Shown piece after piece: positions 24,701 through 36,698 of a stretch of 64,000 nt of DNA. Within the stretch, counting starts at the first letter, position 1, and every line of letters begins with the position of its first letter. The DNA lies in NCBI GenBank assembly GCA_000708835.1, contig DF237137.1, positions 1 to 64,000 of the forward strand. Direction: 5' to 3'. The stretch comes from Klebsormidium nitens. Lineage: Eukaryota > Plantae > Klebsormidiophyceae. Both the position numbers and the translations under genes were made by a program. Under the pieces are notes generated by a model. That model did not search any database and was not told the origin of the DNA. It saw only the letters and a list, made by a program, of their open reading frames with translations.

Positions 24701-26386
24701 CGACCTTCTTCGACTCTGAATGTGCGAAGCGCGAGTCGCTGACCGATACTTTCAATTTTCATGTTCCCAATTTGGAAAAGCAACATTTGAGATAAGAATG
24801 CTCTCATTGATAGTCGTAATATCCGCAGCCTGTCGCCGCGTTTATGAGCCTACCCACAAATCGGATCTACCGAAGAGAATCAACGCATTGCTGGAGACTC
24901 CTCTTCCCGTACTCTTGTTGGTCATGCTTCTCTCGACTTGAACCGTGCGTGTCGCAATTATCGCAGCCCGTCGCCGAATTATTGAACATATCCACCGACC
25001 ACATTTACGCAAACCGGTTACTATTCACCGAGGACGGCGAGCACGCGGGATTCGACCCGGCCGAGTACACCGCGAGGAGCGGCGGGAAAGCGAAAGCGGT
25101 CGAAGAGATTAAGAAGGTCAGTTTGGTTTCTGTGTATCTCGTCTCAATAGCTGTTTCGCTATCCTCAGGATTCTGTTCCTCGGGTTTGTTATCCGTTCCG
25201 AAACCTCTCATCGATTCGCCGTCGTCAATTCTGCGACTACGCAGTCGAGTCGCTGCGCCCTGGTTTCTCACCGGTCATCTAAAATTGTGCTCCCTCTTCC
25301 TTGATCGATTCCTGTTGCTGTGAAGTTAACACGCTGCAAGGTCTTGATTGACATCCCTATCTTCGAGGCGATCATTTTCCGTCAAGAAGGAGCTTTCTGT
25401 TCTCGTTGTTCTGCTGCCCTGATTCCGAGGAACCTGACATTTCCCCGAAGCGTCAACTCATTGAATGTTGCTAAGCAGGTCTTTGTTGCAGTAGTCGTCT
25501 CTTTGTGGCCACGTGGTCGAGCGCAGTCGCCCTGTTTTAAAGCAAGGTGCTCCTCTTGGGGACCGATCTTCTGGTTGCCTTTGAAGCGTCTGCAAACCGA
25601 GGAATAAGAGTCTTTGATTTGCAGCCGTGCTCCCTAAAGTTGTGGCAGGCAGCCTTTTTATGTGTTAATGTAGATATTTTTGGTACTCACTTGGCGGTAT
25701 GCGCAACCAATTGAAGGCTGATCCAAATCGAGCGAGTAGGCCACGCTTTGATGCCATGGCAAATCCTTGGTCTCCCTTCGGCCTCATCAATAAAGGCTGG
25801 AAGCACTCAAGTCCCCATTCTCGCGAAGGAGTGCTGCCCGTCATCCTGTCTTCTTCAAGCACATCTGGTCTCTTATCTCGCCTCTAAGTTTGTGCGTTTG
25901 CAGAGGAATGGCTTCTCAACGGTGGTGGCGATAGGCGATGGCGCCACCGATCTGGAGGTAAGCTTGGTGTCGTGCTGCCAACGGGCAATTACTTTGTACC
26001 AGAGGTCTGAGCTTCCAACGAGCGGCCCGAGTGCAATCCTGCTCATGCGTAACCCCTGCTCATGGTGTAAGCTCGTCTCGGCCGCTTGTGCCATATGTAT
26101 GGTCCGTGTAGATTGCGCCCCCTTCTTATGATCAAAGTGCCCCACGATGGTTGCCACGTCAGCCTGCCATCTTTTGACCACTCAGGCGCAGCAGCTGACG
26201 GTCACGCTCCTTTTTCAATTGAGCTGAATGAATTCGGGTTGTTCCCTCCAGGCCCGGAGACCAGGGGGAGCCGATGCGTTCATCGGATATGGCGGAATAG
26301 TGGTCAGACCTACTGTTGCAGGAGCTGCGGATTGGTTCGTGAGGGACTTTCAATCACTTGTTCGATCACTCGTAGATCAGATTTAA
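21783..26386 (+). CDS. PSP: Phosphoserine phosphatase (HAD family), probably plastid-targeted, 7 exons
   Basis: Exons 21783-22092, 22431-22563, 23099-23206, 23814-23907, 24967-25116, 25904-25957, 26252-26386. Motifs FDVDST, AMGG, LVSGGF, GGKA, IGDGATDLE, FIGYGG. Confidence 0.93.
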
Positions 26387-27473
26387 ACTGCGGCCCTGTG
26401 CACAGGGGTTGCGGTATGTTGGCGAACAAAAGTGCGCGAGGCAATTACCAAGGACGAGCATACTGTTGCATGCGCACGGACTTAAGGAGAACGGCAAATT
26501 TGAATGACGCCGGTTGTTTATGTAAAGGATATGAAGGTATTCAATGGATATATGTGGTCGCACCCGAAGACAAGGATTCAGCAATTGGTTTTCGATCAAT
26601 GCACGGCAGTTGTTTGGCCGGCCGCGTATGACTTTAAAACCGTGACTCAATCAAATGCAGGCATGCACTGCATCCACCCGAATGATCCGACAACAATGCC
26701 GCCATCATTGGCATATTTCTATGTAATCTTCTACGAGATCGATCGCGACCCCGCGTGCATATGAAGCATGCATCATATATACTGCATGCGCGGCCCTATG
26801 ATGCATGTGGATATATCCGACTATCGATGTTAGTATCACTGAAAATGGGATAGCTAGTTTTAAGCTTCATCGGGATTTTTTTGTGCTGTACGCATGTCCA
26901 CTGGACGTGCCAATACTATTTGAATCGTACCTGGGACCCTCAACGAGGTAGAATACCGTACGGTTGCATGCGCATGGTCAATGAGCATGCTTATGACAAA
27001 GTGGGTGACTACATTAACCAATGGTTTGTATCCTGTAATCCATGCTCACTGCAATGCCACGTTCAACAATCTCGTGGCGTTGCATGCACGCAAATTCAAA
27101 GGGAGAAAGCTGGTTAACTAAAATGAAGGACAAGACGTTGGTTGGAACCAGGCGCTGGTCCAACTATCTTCGAACCAATAGCAATTGCGTGAATAAGAAT
27201 CACGCTCCGGAGTTCGTGTCATTGAACACTTGCTATAGGCAGTTGTTTCCATTATACAAAACGGTTAGACGGCCCCTTACGAGCCTTACCCTCAAGGTAC
27301 TACACTCGAGGAAATTCCTACAACTAAATTAGTATATTGACCTTTCCCTGTCCTAGTTGGCCATTATAATCTACTGACCAGAAGAGCAAACAAGACTTTT
27401 CGGTATTTTACGTGAACGACTATATAGCGACCGCACCGTAACGCAGTGAGCAGTGGTTTGTGACTGTTCTATA

Positions 27474-30464
27474 CTAGCTTTTCAAGTACAGGTTGATGTT
27501 ACCAAAGGAGTCAAGCAGCTCGGATGGACTGGTTTTCATTAACAGACCGTCGTCCGGCTTTATAATGAACAAATCCTTGAATCTGCTTTGCAAGGCTTCA
27601 TAAAATCGTTCAGAGTCGACCCCATTCGCCCTGTCTCGTTGTATATTAATCTACAAAAGGGAGAGGGACGAAGTTCGTAAGGATTGAGAATGAGCATTGA
27701 GGAGGTTTTGCAAGCTTCAAACGGTGGCCTTGACGTTTTTTATGGTGAACACTTGAACACTCGGTTGACGGTCGTCCTGGGCTTGCTTTCAGTAGCAACC
27801 GCTTGATAGCGTCTTGTTAAATCCATGTCAAGACTCCAAGAAGTAAGCGCGTAAGTAAGTCACTCTTTATCGTTTACTATCGACCAGATCGAGCGGACTT
27901 CCTTGCTACTTGAGCAGAAACTCTGCTTAATCATGATTTTCTCGACAGCGTCCCAAGCAAGTGAATCTGATAACCAGCAAAGACATCTTTTCTTGCACAC
28001 AAACGAGAAAGACACCAGGGACAGGAAGAAGCGCAGGAAAGAGAGAGCCAGAGTCTTGGCTCTAAAATAAGGCTAGAAAGAAATACCAAGGAAGGAACGC
28101 TAACGAAGCAAGACACCACCCTAGGCTGCCGCAGGGCATTCCATTTGCCACGAAGCACGGGGCTCACCTCTAAGAGAAGCTCCACTTTGGGGTTCTCCAG
28201 CAGCGTCTTCTGCATCCCCTCCCATACCTGCCACTCGTGGCCTTCCACGTCAATCTTGATCACATCTACATGGTCCCAGCCTTCTTTTCGGAGCAGTGTA
28301 TCCAATGTCGTGTATTCCACTGGAACAGCACCCCCCCCTGCTTCCTGCAGAACCCTGTTCCCGGGGCTCCACGTCATCTCGTTCTCCACAAAGACCTGCT
28401 TTTTGTCTTCACTCCCTACGGCCTTGTTCACTACTTGGACTTGTGGATGATCCTGCATCAAGACACAGACTTGTGGATCTAGCTTCTTAAGGTGTGGACA
28501 AGACTACCAAGGAGCTGCTATGGTCGGTGAGATTCAGATCATTCCGTGTGACATCTGAGCTCCAGACGGCTTACAAGATGAGAGGACCGCTTGGCGACTC
28601 TAGGTCAAACATACCGGAACGGCTTATTACCAGATCCACAAAGATCAGTCATCATATCTGATGAGCGGACGGCGGAAGTGACACAACCAGAGTGCGCCGT
28701 TTTTTGGCATTCACATTCAGGCCTTTTGTGCATTGGGCCTCTGAAGGTACAGGCCAATGGCTCAAATCTTTGTAAGGTAATTCCCACTGGCGGACTTGCG
28801 TCAAGTCATGGAACCCAAGGTGGCCAAGCAAGCTCCAACCTTCAGCTGAAAAGTACGTGCCAAGACGGACGCGCTTGGCGGCCAATTGTGGAGACAAGTG
28901 AAGGAAGGTGATGTGCAACCTTTGAAACCAGCAGAACTAGGGAACGACCGCACAATTTTTACTGAAGAGATAGATAAAGCCCTCGATGCTAGTCAAATAT
29001 GAAGGTCATACGAATAAGTGTAACAGCCAGTCCTTCTTTTCGGTCAACAGAGCTGCCTCAGGGTCCTAGAATCATTGGCTGAGACAAGTCTTGAAAGACA
29101 TCAGGCAATGCACCGTAAAGGCTGTTGCCCAGGCTGCATTGTTGGCAAATGCAGATCAATGCACCCTGTGCAGACCATCCCGTCTGCTTCAAATGAGTGG
29201 CACTTTTATAGACCGGTGGCATCTGACTTGTCATCAACAAGCGCGACAACCTACCTCCATCGAGCGAGCAAGTAGGTCGCTGAGCCGAGGGTTTGCTTCC
29301 ACTGCAAGGACCTTCCCAGCCTCCCCCACCGCATCTGCAAAGATGGCTGCATACCACCCCACGCACGCTCCTACATCCACCACCAGCTGTCCCGGGCGCA
29401 CGATTCTCTCAACACTCTCTGAGATCTTACTGTCCCACACAGTGCCCTGGCAGAGGTGCGGTGTCAACCCCCGGTCCCGAGAATCAAGATAGAAGTACTG
29501 TTGGAAGAAATCAACCCAACACATGATGATGCTTCCCCCCAGGTACAGGTTCATTGGCCGCTCTGCTCTCAGCGCCTTCACCTCCTGAGCCACCCCGTCG
29601 ATGACTTGCTCCAAGTTGCTCCGCCGGCCAATCTTTTCAGTCGCTGCCTGCATCAGGGGTAGGAACCCCTATTGTGTGCACTGAACGAGGTGAAAGTCAA
29701 TCTGTACATGCCGCATTGCTACTGTAACGGTTCCCTTCTTGTTGTCAACACTGCGTCAGGTGAACTTACACGGGGCCACCCAAAGTCACATCATGTAAGA
29801 GACAGGGGGCATGTGCCATGTCCGAGGATGGCAGAGCAAAGGGCCGCTGCGATGCAAATTTGTGATGCGCACTCAATGCATACTAACAGATCTGAGTTAA
29901 ACAAAGACAGCATTCAAAAGCTGTGTCGAATGAGCAGCGACTCTTGTTCATAATACTGGCCGCACGTGTCTGCATTCAATGAATGGTGCTTTGCGCTGAG
30001 TAATGGCAGCTTGAAAAGACAATGACAATCTTAATACGGAGTCCAAGAAAATGGCGACCAAAGAGAAAGACCATCTGCGCTACATTACCTGGGATGAATG
30101 TGCCTGCTTTGAAAGTGTCTGCTTGATGTGAGGCTTGGAGCAGCTTAGTGTGCAGACACAAATAGCATTTTCAGGGCCGCTGCGGCTCTCTCACCTTGGT
30201 CTCATTCTGAAAGCGAAGTAGCACCCCTTCAAGCTTGTCCACCTGCTCTGCAACTTTTGACAAGGCGTCTGACAGCTCCTCAACATGACCCGGGTTGGTA
30301 GACTCTGCCATCCGGATGTCAATCTGGCTTGTTACGCTGTAATCCTGGGAACTGAGTACAATCACCTGGAGGGCGCCGAAGATCAAAAGGGCGGTCACGA
30401 GGCAGTAAAGGAAGATGATAGAGAAGAGCCTGGTGCACTTGAGATCTCCACGTAGCAACCTCAT
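27474..30464 (-). CDS. FkbM-family (Methyltransf_21) SAM-dependent methyltransferase with N-terminal TM helix and coiled stem
   Basis: Exons 30195-30464, 29255-29647, ~28168-28452, 27474-27650 (a small exon between 2 and 3 cannot be excluded). Motifs VVDVGACVGWY, VLAVEANP, TLDTLL, IKIDVEGHE. Confidence 0.82.
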
Positions 30465-31436
30465 GGCTGCCTTGCGAAACAAAGATCTATCAAACACGGG
30501 CCAACGGAGCCTCAATCCTCAGCAACGCTTGGGATCTACGCCAGCTACATGATTTAAGTCTCGCGCTCAACAAGTGAAGCGTTCTGCGAACGTCTGAACA
30601 CTTCAATCCGGAGATTATCTCCTTCTGTGGTGAACTGCGCATTGGTGAGCATCCCTGCTCAGGCCCAGCTGCAGCAGGGTGATGTCAATGACAACAGCCG
30701 AAAGACCTCGACCGTGTTTAAATATTGCCACTGCTAAATCTAAAGCTTGGGAAATTAGACCGCCGCCAAACTTTGTGGGAGGACAATCTCCAATCTGCAT
30801 GTCAGAGGACCAAGTTGAGTCCTGAGTCCTGACTCCTGACGTAACTCGCGACTTGCGCAAACCTCGGTGTGGCGGTCAATAAGAGCGAAGTTGCAGCTGC
30901 AATATGTACTCTTAGAAAACCTCAATATAGGTAGAGATATGGTAAGCTAAAAATCCGGAAACGGGGTAGAGTTAGCTTGGGGTTTGCCCATCCCACCCAA
31001 ATATAGAGACTCGAGTATAAGAAGGGTTTCGGTATACGGCATCAAAATAACCCTGCCGTCCCAGTTCGATGAATACCTATCCTATGAGAAGTACTTAGGT
31101 TTTAATCAGGACAGGAGCTTGCAAATTTGCAGCTTATCAATGCTCAAATCTACAAAGATAACCTATATATTCGGCATTACCCACCTATGTGCGCAGTTAG
31201 TACCTTAGTTACTCAAGGGCCGCCTGGCAGGCTCCGTAGCAAAGCACTTGCTCAACTGTCAGTGTCAGTGATCAGCACCGGTCTTTCTCGGTCCGTACAT
31301 TACCCGATCGGGTCGGGAATCGGGACTCCATTTCAATCCGACCGCAAAAGCAGCCGGTTTTACAGAAAGATCCGGTCGGATTCTACTAAGCCATGATCAT
31401 TTGCCTGGAGAGATTCAAATCCAAGTCGGTTTTGCG

Positions 31437-31479
31437 GCCGACCGACTAGTCCGGACTCCGGACTCCGCAGTCGGTCGGC
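31437..31479. other. Perfect 11-bp-stem hairpin
   Basis: gccgaccgact (31437-31447) and agtcggtcggc (31469-31479) are exact reverse complements around a loop containing a ccggact repeat. Confidence 0.7.
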
Positions 31480-32180
31480 TTCTCCTACATTGTCGGTCAC
31501 GTTTCGCTAGGACGTCCTGGAGTTTTCGACATAGGGTGTCAAATCGTGCGGCCCCCCGGCCCCCGCCAGCCGCTACCAAGGCCAACAGTTCACCGGGCCG
31601 GTCTGTTAAGATTTGTTTCACCCACGTACCACCCCAAGTATACCTATACCTACCACGGTTCCTTGGGCTTTGGGCCGACCGGACGCCCCTCGGTTGAATC
31701 AGCCGGATGACAAGTTCCATCCGGTGACGTTTGCCTGGTGTGACGGCATTGTCATGTTACGGCAACCGTCCTCCCGTACGTCACACAGTACAGCTGCGGC
31801 CTGCTGAAGCCCCAGTCCCCGGCCACCTGAGTGCAAAAACCCCTAACCCGGAGATTAACTGGACTGTTACTTACGTACCGGTGTACATGAGGCCCGCGTA
31901 GGTATCGAGGCGCGCTCTACACCCGCACCCGGTGACGCGGTCAGGCCTTGGAAGTTGGGTACACCTAAATACCGTATACGGTAATAGGCCGGTAGATCAA
32001 TTCTCCAGGCTGGAGCCTGGCGCGCACTTCATGGAATTTGAAACTGAAAGTACCGGTAGGTAGACGGTCAGGTTACCGTACGTCGAATCCAGCGCGCGCC
32101 GCTGACCATTGTACCAAATTTGTACCCAATCTTGAGTATAAAGTTTAATTTTGAACCTCAAACCCCCAGGGGCCAGGGCC

Positions 32181-32352
32181 ATAACTCTCAAGAAAGATAA
32201 TAGTAAGCCAAGATAATAGTAAGCTCCGACTAACACTAAAAACCCTAACCTTAAATGAAACACCCGCTCCGCACCCGTACCCACCCTAACCACCATACTA
32301 ACCCTACCCGTCACAGTACGGTTACCTTACTATTATTTTTCTTGAGTTTCAT
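32181..32352. mobile_element. MITE copy 1 (172 bp) with 9-bp TSD GCCAGGGCC
   Basis: Imperfect TIRs ATAACTCTCAAGAAAGATAATAGTAAG / CTTACTATTATTTTTCTTGAGTTTCAT; gccagggcc at 32172-32180 and 32353-32361. Confidence 0.88.
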
Positions 32353-33491
32353 GCCAGGGCCCAGGACCCACAGTGCACACCAATCCCACCCTTCCCCCGG
32401 GGATGGACCCAAAATAGTAGCATGCTGCATGTGTGTACAAATCGATGCCCCTCCTCTGTGCGGGCATGTGCAGGCATGAACACGTAAATTCGGAATTGGC
32501 TGTCGAAACTCGATTCAAGTCCTGTGTTCAGTGCTGTGCAGTGTGCACGTACTTCTGACAGTCGGACTCTGGGGTGGAACGAGAAGAGCGTCATCTGCAT
32601 CATGCAATAATCTGCGCCCCCTGGGCCGTACATACCGGCGACTCGTGAGTCGTAAATTACTCGTAATCCTCTTTGGGCCCTGGGGGCCCCCATAGCCCAT
32701 TGCGCAACGCCGGGTATCACATCTTCTTTTCGACGAAGTACTCAATCTGCTATAGAGAGCTGTTGGGAGAGAAGCTTATTGTCGACTCACCGGGAATCTC
32801 GTGTCTTGCATCGCAGCCATTTGTCCCTTCGACTCCCTTCAAGCTCTCCTTTGACCAGGTTGGACCGCCTTACCATAAATTGAATTCTCAATCTTCAATG
32901 ATGATTGAGCATCATGATGAGGTTGCAAGCAAGCTCCTTTCATCAGAGCCGTCGATCATGATCGGACGGTTTCGATAGAGGTGACAGTGTACCGGTAGGG
33001 ACTTTGTAAAATTGTAGCCCGGTTGCCATTCGCATCCGGTTTCCAGTGTCCACGGCGGTAGTGCCGCCCCGGGCCTAGCTGGGAGGGCGGGTGTGGATAA
33101 CAGCGTACAAAACCCCTATATAATCTCAAGAACCTTTCCCAATCTCGGGACCGGCCGGCGGCGACACCTGTAGTATGTCCCGTACGACTCCGCCGGTCGC
33201 GGACAAAGGATCTAGGCCCTAGCTTTGCTTTAAATTTGCATCGAACGGCTCGGATCGTATTTCGAATTTCACCGGGTGGTCGCGAAAATTCCGCTGACAT
33301 TGTAAGAGGGGTTCTGCAATAGGAGAGGATCGAACCCCCGGCGGTTGCTTCCGCAAATCCGGAATGTTCTGAGATCCGGAACCTGAGATCAAGAAATTCA
33401 AGATTGTACGCTATTCAGATTTCTCCTCACAGCCCTTCCCGGCGAATCCGGCCAACTTCAAGCTTCGCGGCCGCGCACCGGCCCGGGCCAG

Positions 33492-33679
33492 ATGAAACTC
33501 AAGAAAAATAATAGTAAGCCCAGATAATAGTAAGGTAACCGCACTGTGACGGGTAGGGCTAGTAAGGTTGTTAGGGTGGGTACGGGTGCGGAGCGGGTGT
33601 TTCCTTGTAGGTTAGGGTTTTTAGTGTTAGTCGGAGCTTACTATTATCTTGGCTTACTATTATCTTTCTTGAGAGTTAT
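33492..33679. mobile_element. MITE copy 2 (188 bp, opposite orientation) with 9-bp TSD CCGGGCCAG
   Basis: Near reverse complement of copy 1 plus a 16-bp subterminal duplication; ccgggccag at 33483-33491 and 33680-33688. Confidence 0.88.
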
Positions 33680-34334
33680 CCGGGCCAGGCTACTGAGTGT
33701 CGCGGCGACATCAGCCTGCACGGCGACGTTCGTCAGCCTGTTCCTCGAATTCCATATGCAACCGAAGTGGCACGACCCCTTTCACACTTCCGATTAGTCA
33801 AAGATTTCTCCATTTCGTTTTGTTTATTTTCACGTAAGCTTGTTTATAAATTACCCCCTGGATATTTCAAAACACCCTGTTTTGAAATCCACCACCCACT
33901 CAAACAAACGGTTGAGATTCGAGAAGTTAAACGGTTAAACCCCACTGAACTCTCGCTATGAAAATTGAAATGGTCTTCGAATTTAATACGTAAGATCTTA
34001 TGGTGAGAATAGACGCCCCTCCGTGTCTTCCTGATCCGACGAGTTCAACGCCCTTTTAATACTGAACCTACGTGAACTGGAGCAGAGAGTCACCTAGTCC
34101 TAGTTACGGTAGCTGAAGTCTTGATTGAGGAACACACTTACGAAGGTACTAGGTAGTGGCTGGCGCGGTCAAGGGAGGAAGTGGGGCTACAGCTCGGGAG
34201 GTAACAGCCTTGCATGAGCCAGAGCCGCATTGGGGCCGAGGATTTTTCACGATCTAAGGATAAAAGCCCCTTTCCTTGATCAAGCCGCTCTTTGTTGCTT
34301 CGTCCCCGGTGGCGGTGGAATTGAAGGCATCCCA

Positions 34335-36698
34335 ATGGCCTCCTCAGCGGTCCTAAAGGCAGGGGGCGTAGTGCAGAACTGCTTCGGCGCTAGGACGAGC
34401 AGCAGACGGGACTCTTGCCCTCAGCGCCTTGTGAGCGCATTCCAGGGTTTGAGTGTTTCAGGCAGGCGGGGTCAGTCGCTTGGGGTTAGCAATGGGTCGA
34501 AGGTGGCCATGGCTTCCTACGAAGCTGGAGTGGGGGTCTACGGCAACAAGGCCGGGATGATGCAGGTGTTCGACGCAGAGGGGAATGCAATCCCGGTAAC
34601 CGTTATCGCTTTCCACGACGGGAACATTGTCACGCAGGTGAAGACACCTGACACGGACGGATACTCAGCTGTGCAGATTGGGTACAAGCCGCCCAGGCGG
34701 TTGAATAAGCCTGAGACAGGGCACTTGGAGAAGGTCGGCGCACCCCCGCTGAAACACTTGACAGAGTTCCGGCTGTCTAAGTCGGCGGGTTATGAGGCCG
34801 GGCAGCAGTTGGACATTTACAGCATGTTTAACGCGGGCGATATGGTGGACGTGAGGGGGAAGAGCATCGGAAAGGGGACGCAGGGTAAGGCTGAGCTTCG
34901 GTTTGTTGTCCACTCTGAAACTTTCGTGCGAGATAACAGGCCTGTAATCAAGATAGGCGCCCAGGTTGATCGGTTATTCGGGTGGGTTTGGGCGGTTAGG
35001 TCAGAGTAACAAGTGATTCGGGTCCTAGACAGTTGGTCAACTTCAAAAAGTTGCCAGTAAGGTTGTCTGTTGGTGGTCACAGCCGAAACCCTAAAGAAGA
35101 GAGATTGCGGTTGTGGTGTTTTCCTTGTTTGCCTTGTCATTGCATTCTACGAGGAGGTTTTATGTTCTGAATCGAAGTTTCGTGCAGAAACGAGTGTCAT
35201 GTTTTGCCGGTGACTGAGCAATTGGGCAGGCTTTGCTCTGCATATCTCGAGCGGAATGCAGGCCGAAAAAGTGCTAAAAAGCTAGCCTGATTAGCTTGTC
35301 CAAAAGATGGTCGATGGAGGGTACCTGCTTTCTGTAATGCAGCCTGGAAGACATGGACATTAGTACCAAGGTTTTCTCAATAGTTATCCTCCACTTCTTC
35401 TTGGACCTTTGGATGAGCATTTTGAGCAGCGCACTTGGTTTCCAGTCGTGACGAGTGTTAGGCATTCATGCGAGGGTCATCATACAGAAAGTGCACCTTT
35501 TACCAGAGTGCAAAGACAGCGGTCGAGCAGCGCACCCGTAGTCAGAGTTGCTAGGCGTTTAGACACAGATCCCTTGAAGCAGAGGCTGGCGCTTCTTCTA
35601 AGCGACAGTCTCATGAGGTCTTCAGACACTGGTCCTGACAGCGCACCACATTCTCGCAGCAGCCACCTTCTGCGGTGCTTACTTATCACTTTGTCTTTCT
35701 CAGCTGTGCCCCTGTTCGGGGTTTGGTAGCAGACACTCCCCTGTTCACTGCTGGTTGCAGACACTCTCGGGAATAAGTGGCCCCCTGTCCAGTTTGCTAA
35801 TCCTCATCTGTCTCCAGGTATCATTAAGCGGTACAACGCTCACCGCGGGTTGATGACTCACGGGTCGAAAAGTCACCGGCAGGGGGGTACCATTGGGCCC
35901 GGTACGTCCCCCGGGCGCGTATACCCCGGAAGGAAGATGGCTGGCAAGATGGGGAACAAGTTTGTCAAGATCCGAAAGCTCAAGGTATGCTATCCACGAG
36001 CAACCGCTTGGTTTTGCTGCAATACTTTCAGACTCTTTTCCTCTTATTATTATCCACATGACCACCTTCAGCTTTCGTCTTGTAACCATCTATTTGACTG
36101 CCTTCAGCTACACGCAATTGGGAGCCTGTCTTCTGGTCTTCCGCGGTGTTCCGAATCACCGTCCCTGCTTTGTTTGCTTGGTGAGCTCGGTTTGGCAGAG
36201 TTGCAAAAAGGTTGGAAGCTTGGGCAGTGTTCCATCTGTACTAAGGAGTCTTATAAGCTGCATCCTTTGCAAAGAGTACGTCTGTTGGAATAAGTGGGTG
36301 GCATCCTCTGAAAGCTAGAAGCAGATGCGATGGGGCCGCTTATCACATCACCAGAGGCCCTTCGATGCTCATTGTGCAATCAAAGCACCCCCTGTTGCAG
36401 ACCTTGTTATCGTAGTCAGAATGTTGTCAAGCCATCGACAACAAGTCCGGTCACGAACGCTGATTACATTTCTCCGAGGCTACTCAAGACCACCTCATTG
36501 TGTGCGTGAGCCCTTTGGACAAAGTTGTAAGGGCTCACACGTGTCGTGTCTCCTTTCACTTGCCAGGTCATCCGTGTTGACGCTGAAAACAAGTGCCTTC
36601 TAGTGAAGGGTGCCATCCCCGGAAAGCCCGGCAACCTGGTGAAGGTAACTCCTGCTAAGATTGTGGGCAAGAACATTCCCCCTTGGTCCGAGAAGTAA
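34335..36698 (+). CDS. RPL3: 50S ribosomal protein L3, plastid-targeted, 3 exons
   Basis: Exons 34335-34884, 35818-35984, 36567-36698. Motifs [60 protein letters not shown]; Ser/Ala/Arg-rich transit-like N-terminus. Confidence 0.95.

Noticed and set aside
32236-32250. Interstitial telomere repeat
   Set aside because: Single unit inside the MITE, not an array.
33325-33345. GGTTCGATCC B-box on the minus strand suggesting tRNA or SINE
   Set aside because: No A-box at proper spacing and no cloverleaf could be folded.
32181-33679. Composite transposon bounded by the two inverted MITEs
   Set aside because: Each copy has its own different TSD; the outer flanks do not share one.
31997-33797. Two similar ORFs MTGR...VGAYYYLGLLLSFLRV on opposite strands as duplicated small membrane proteins
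   Set aside because: They are translations of the two MITE copies, with non-ATG starts.
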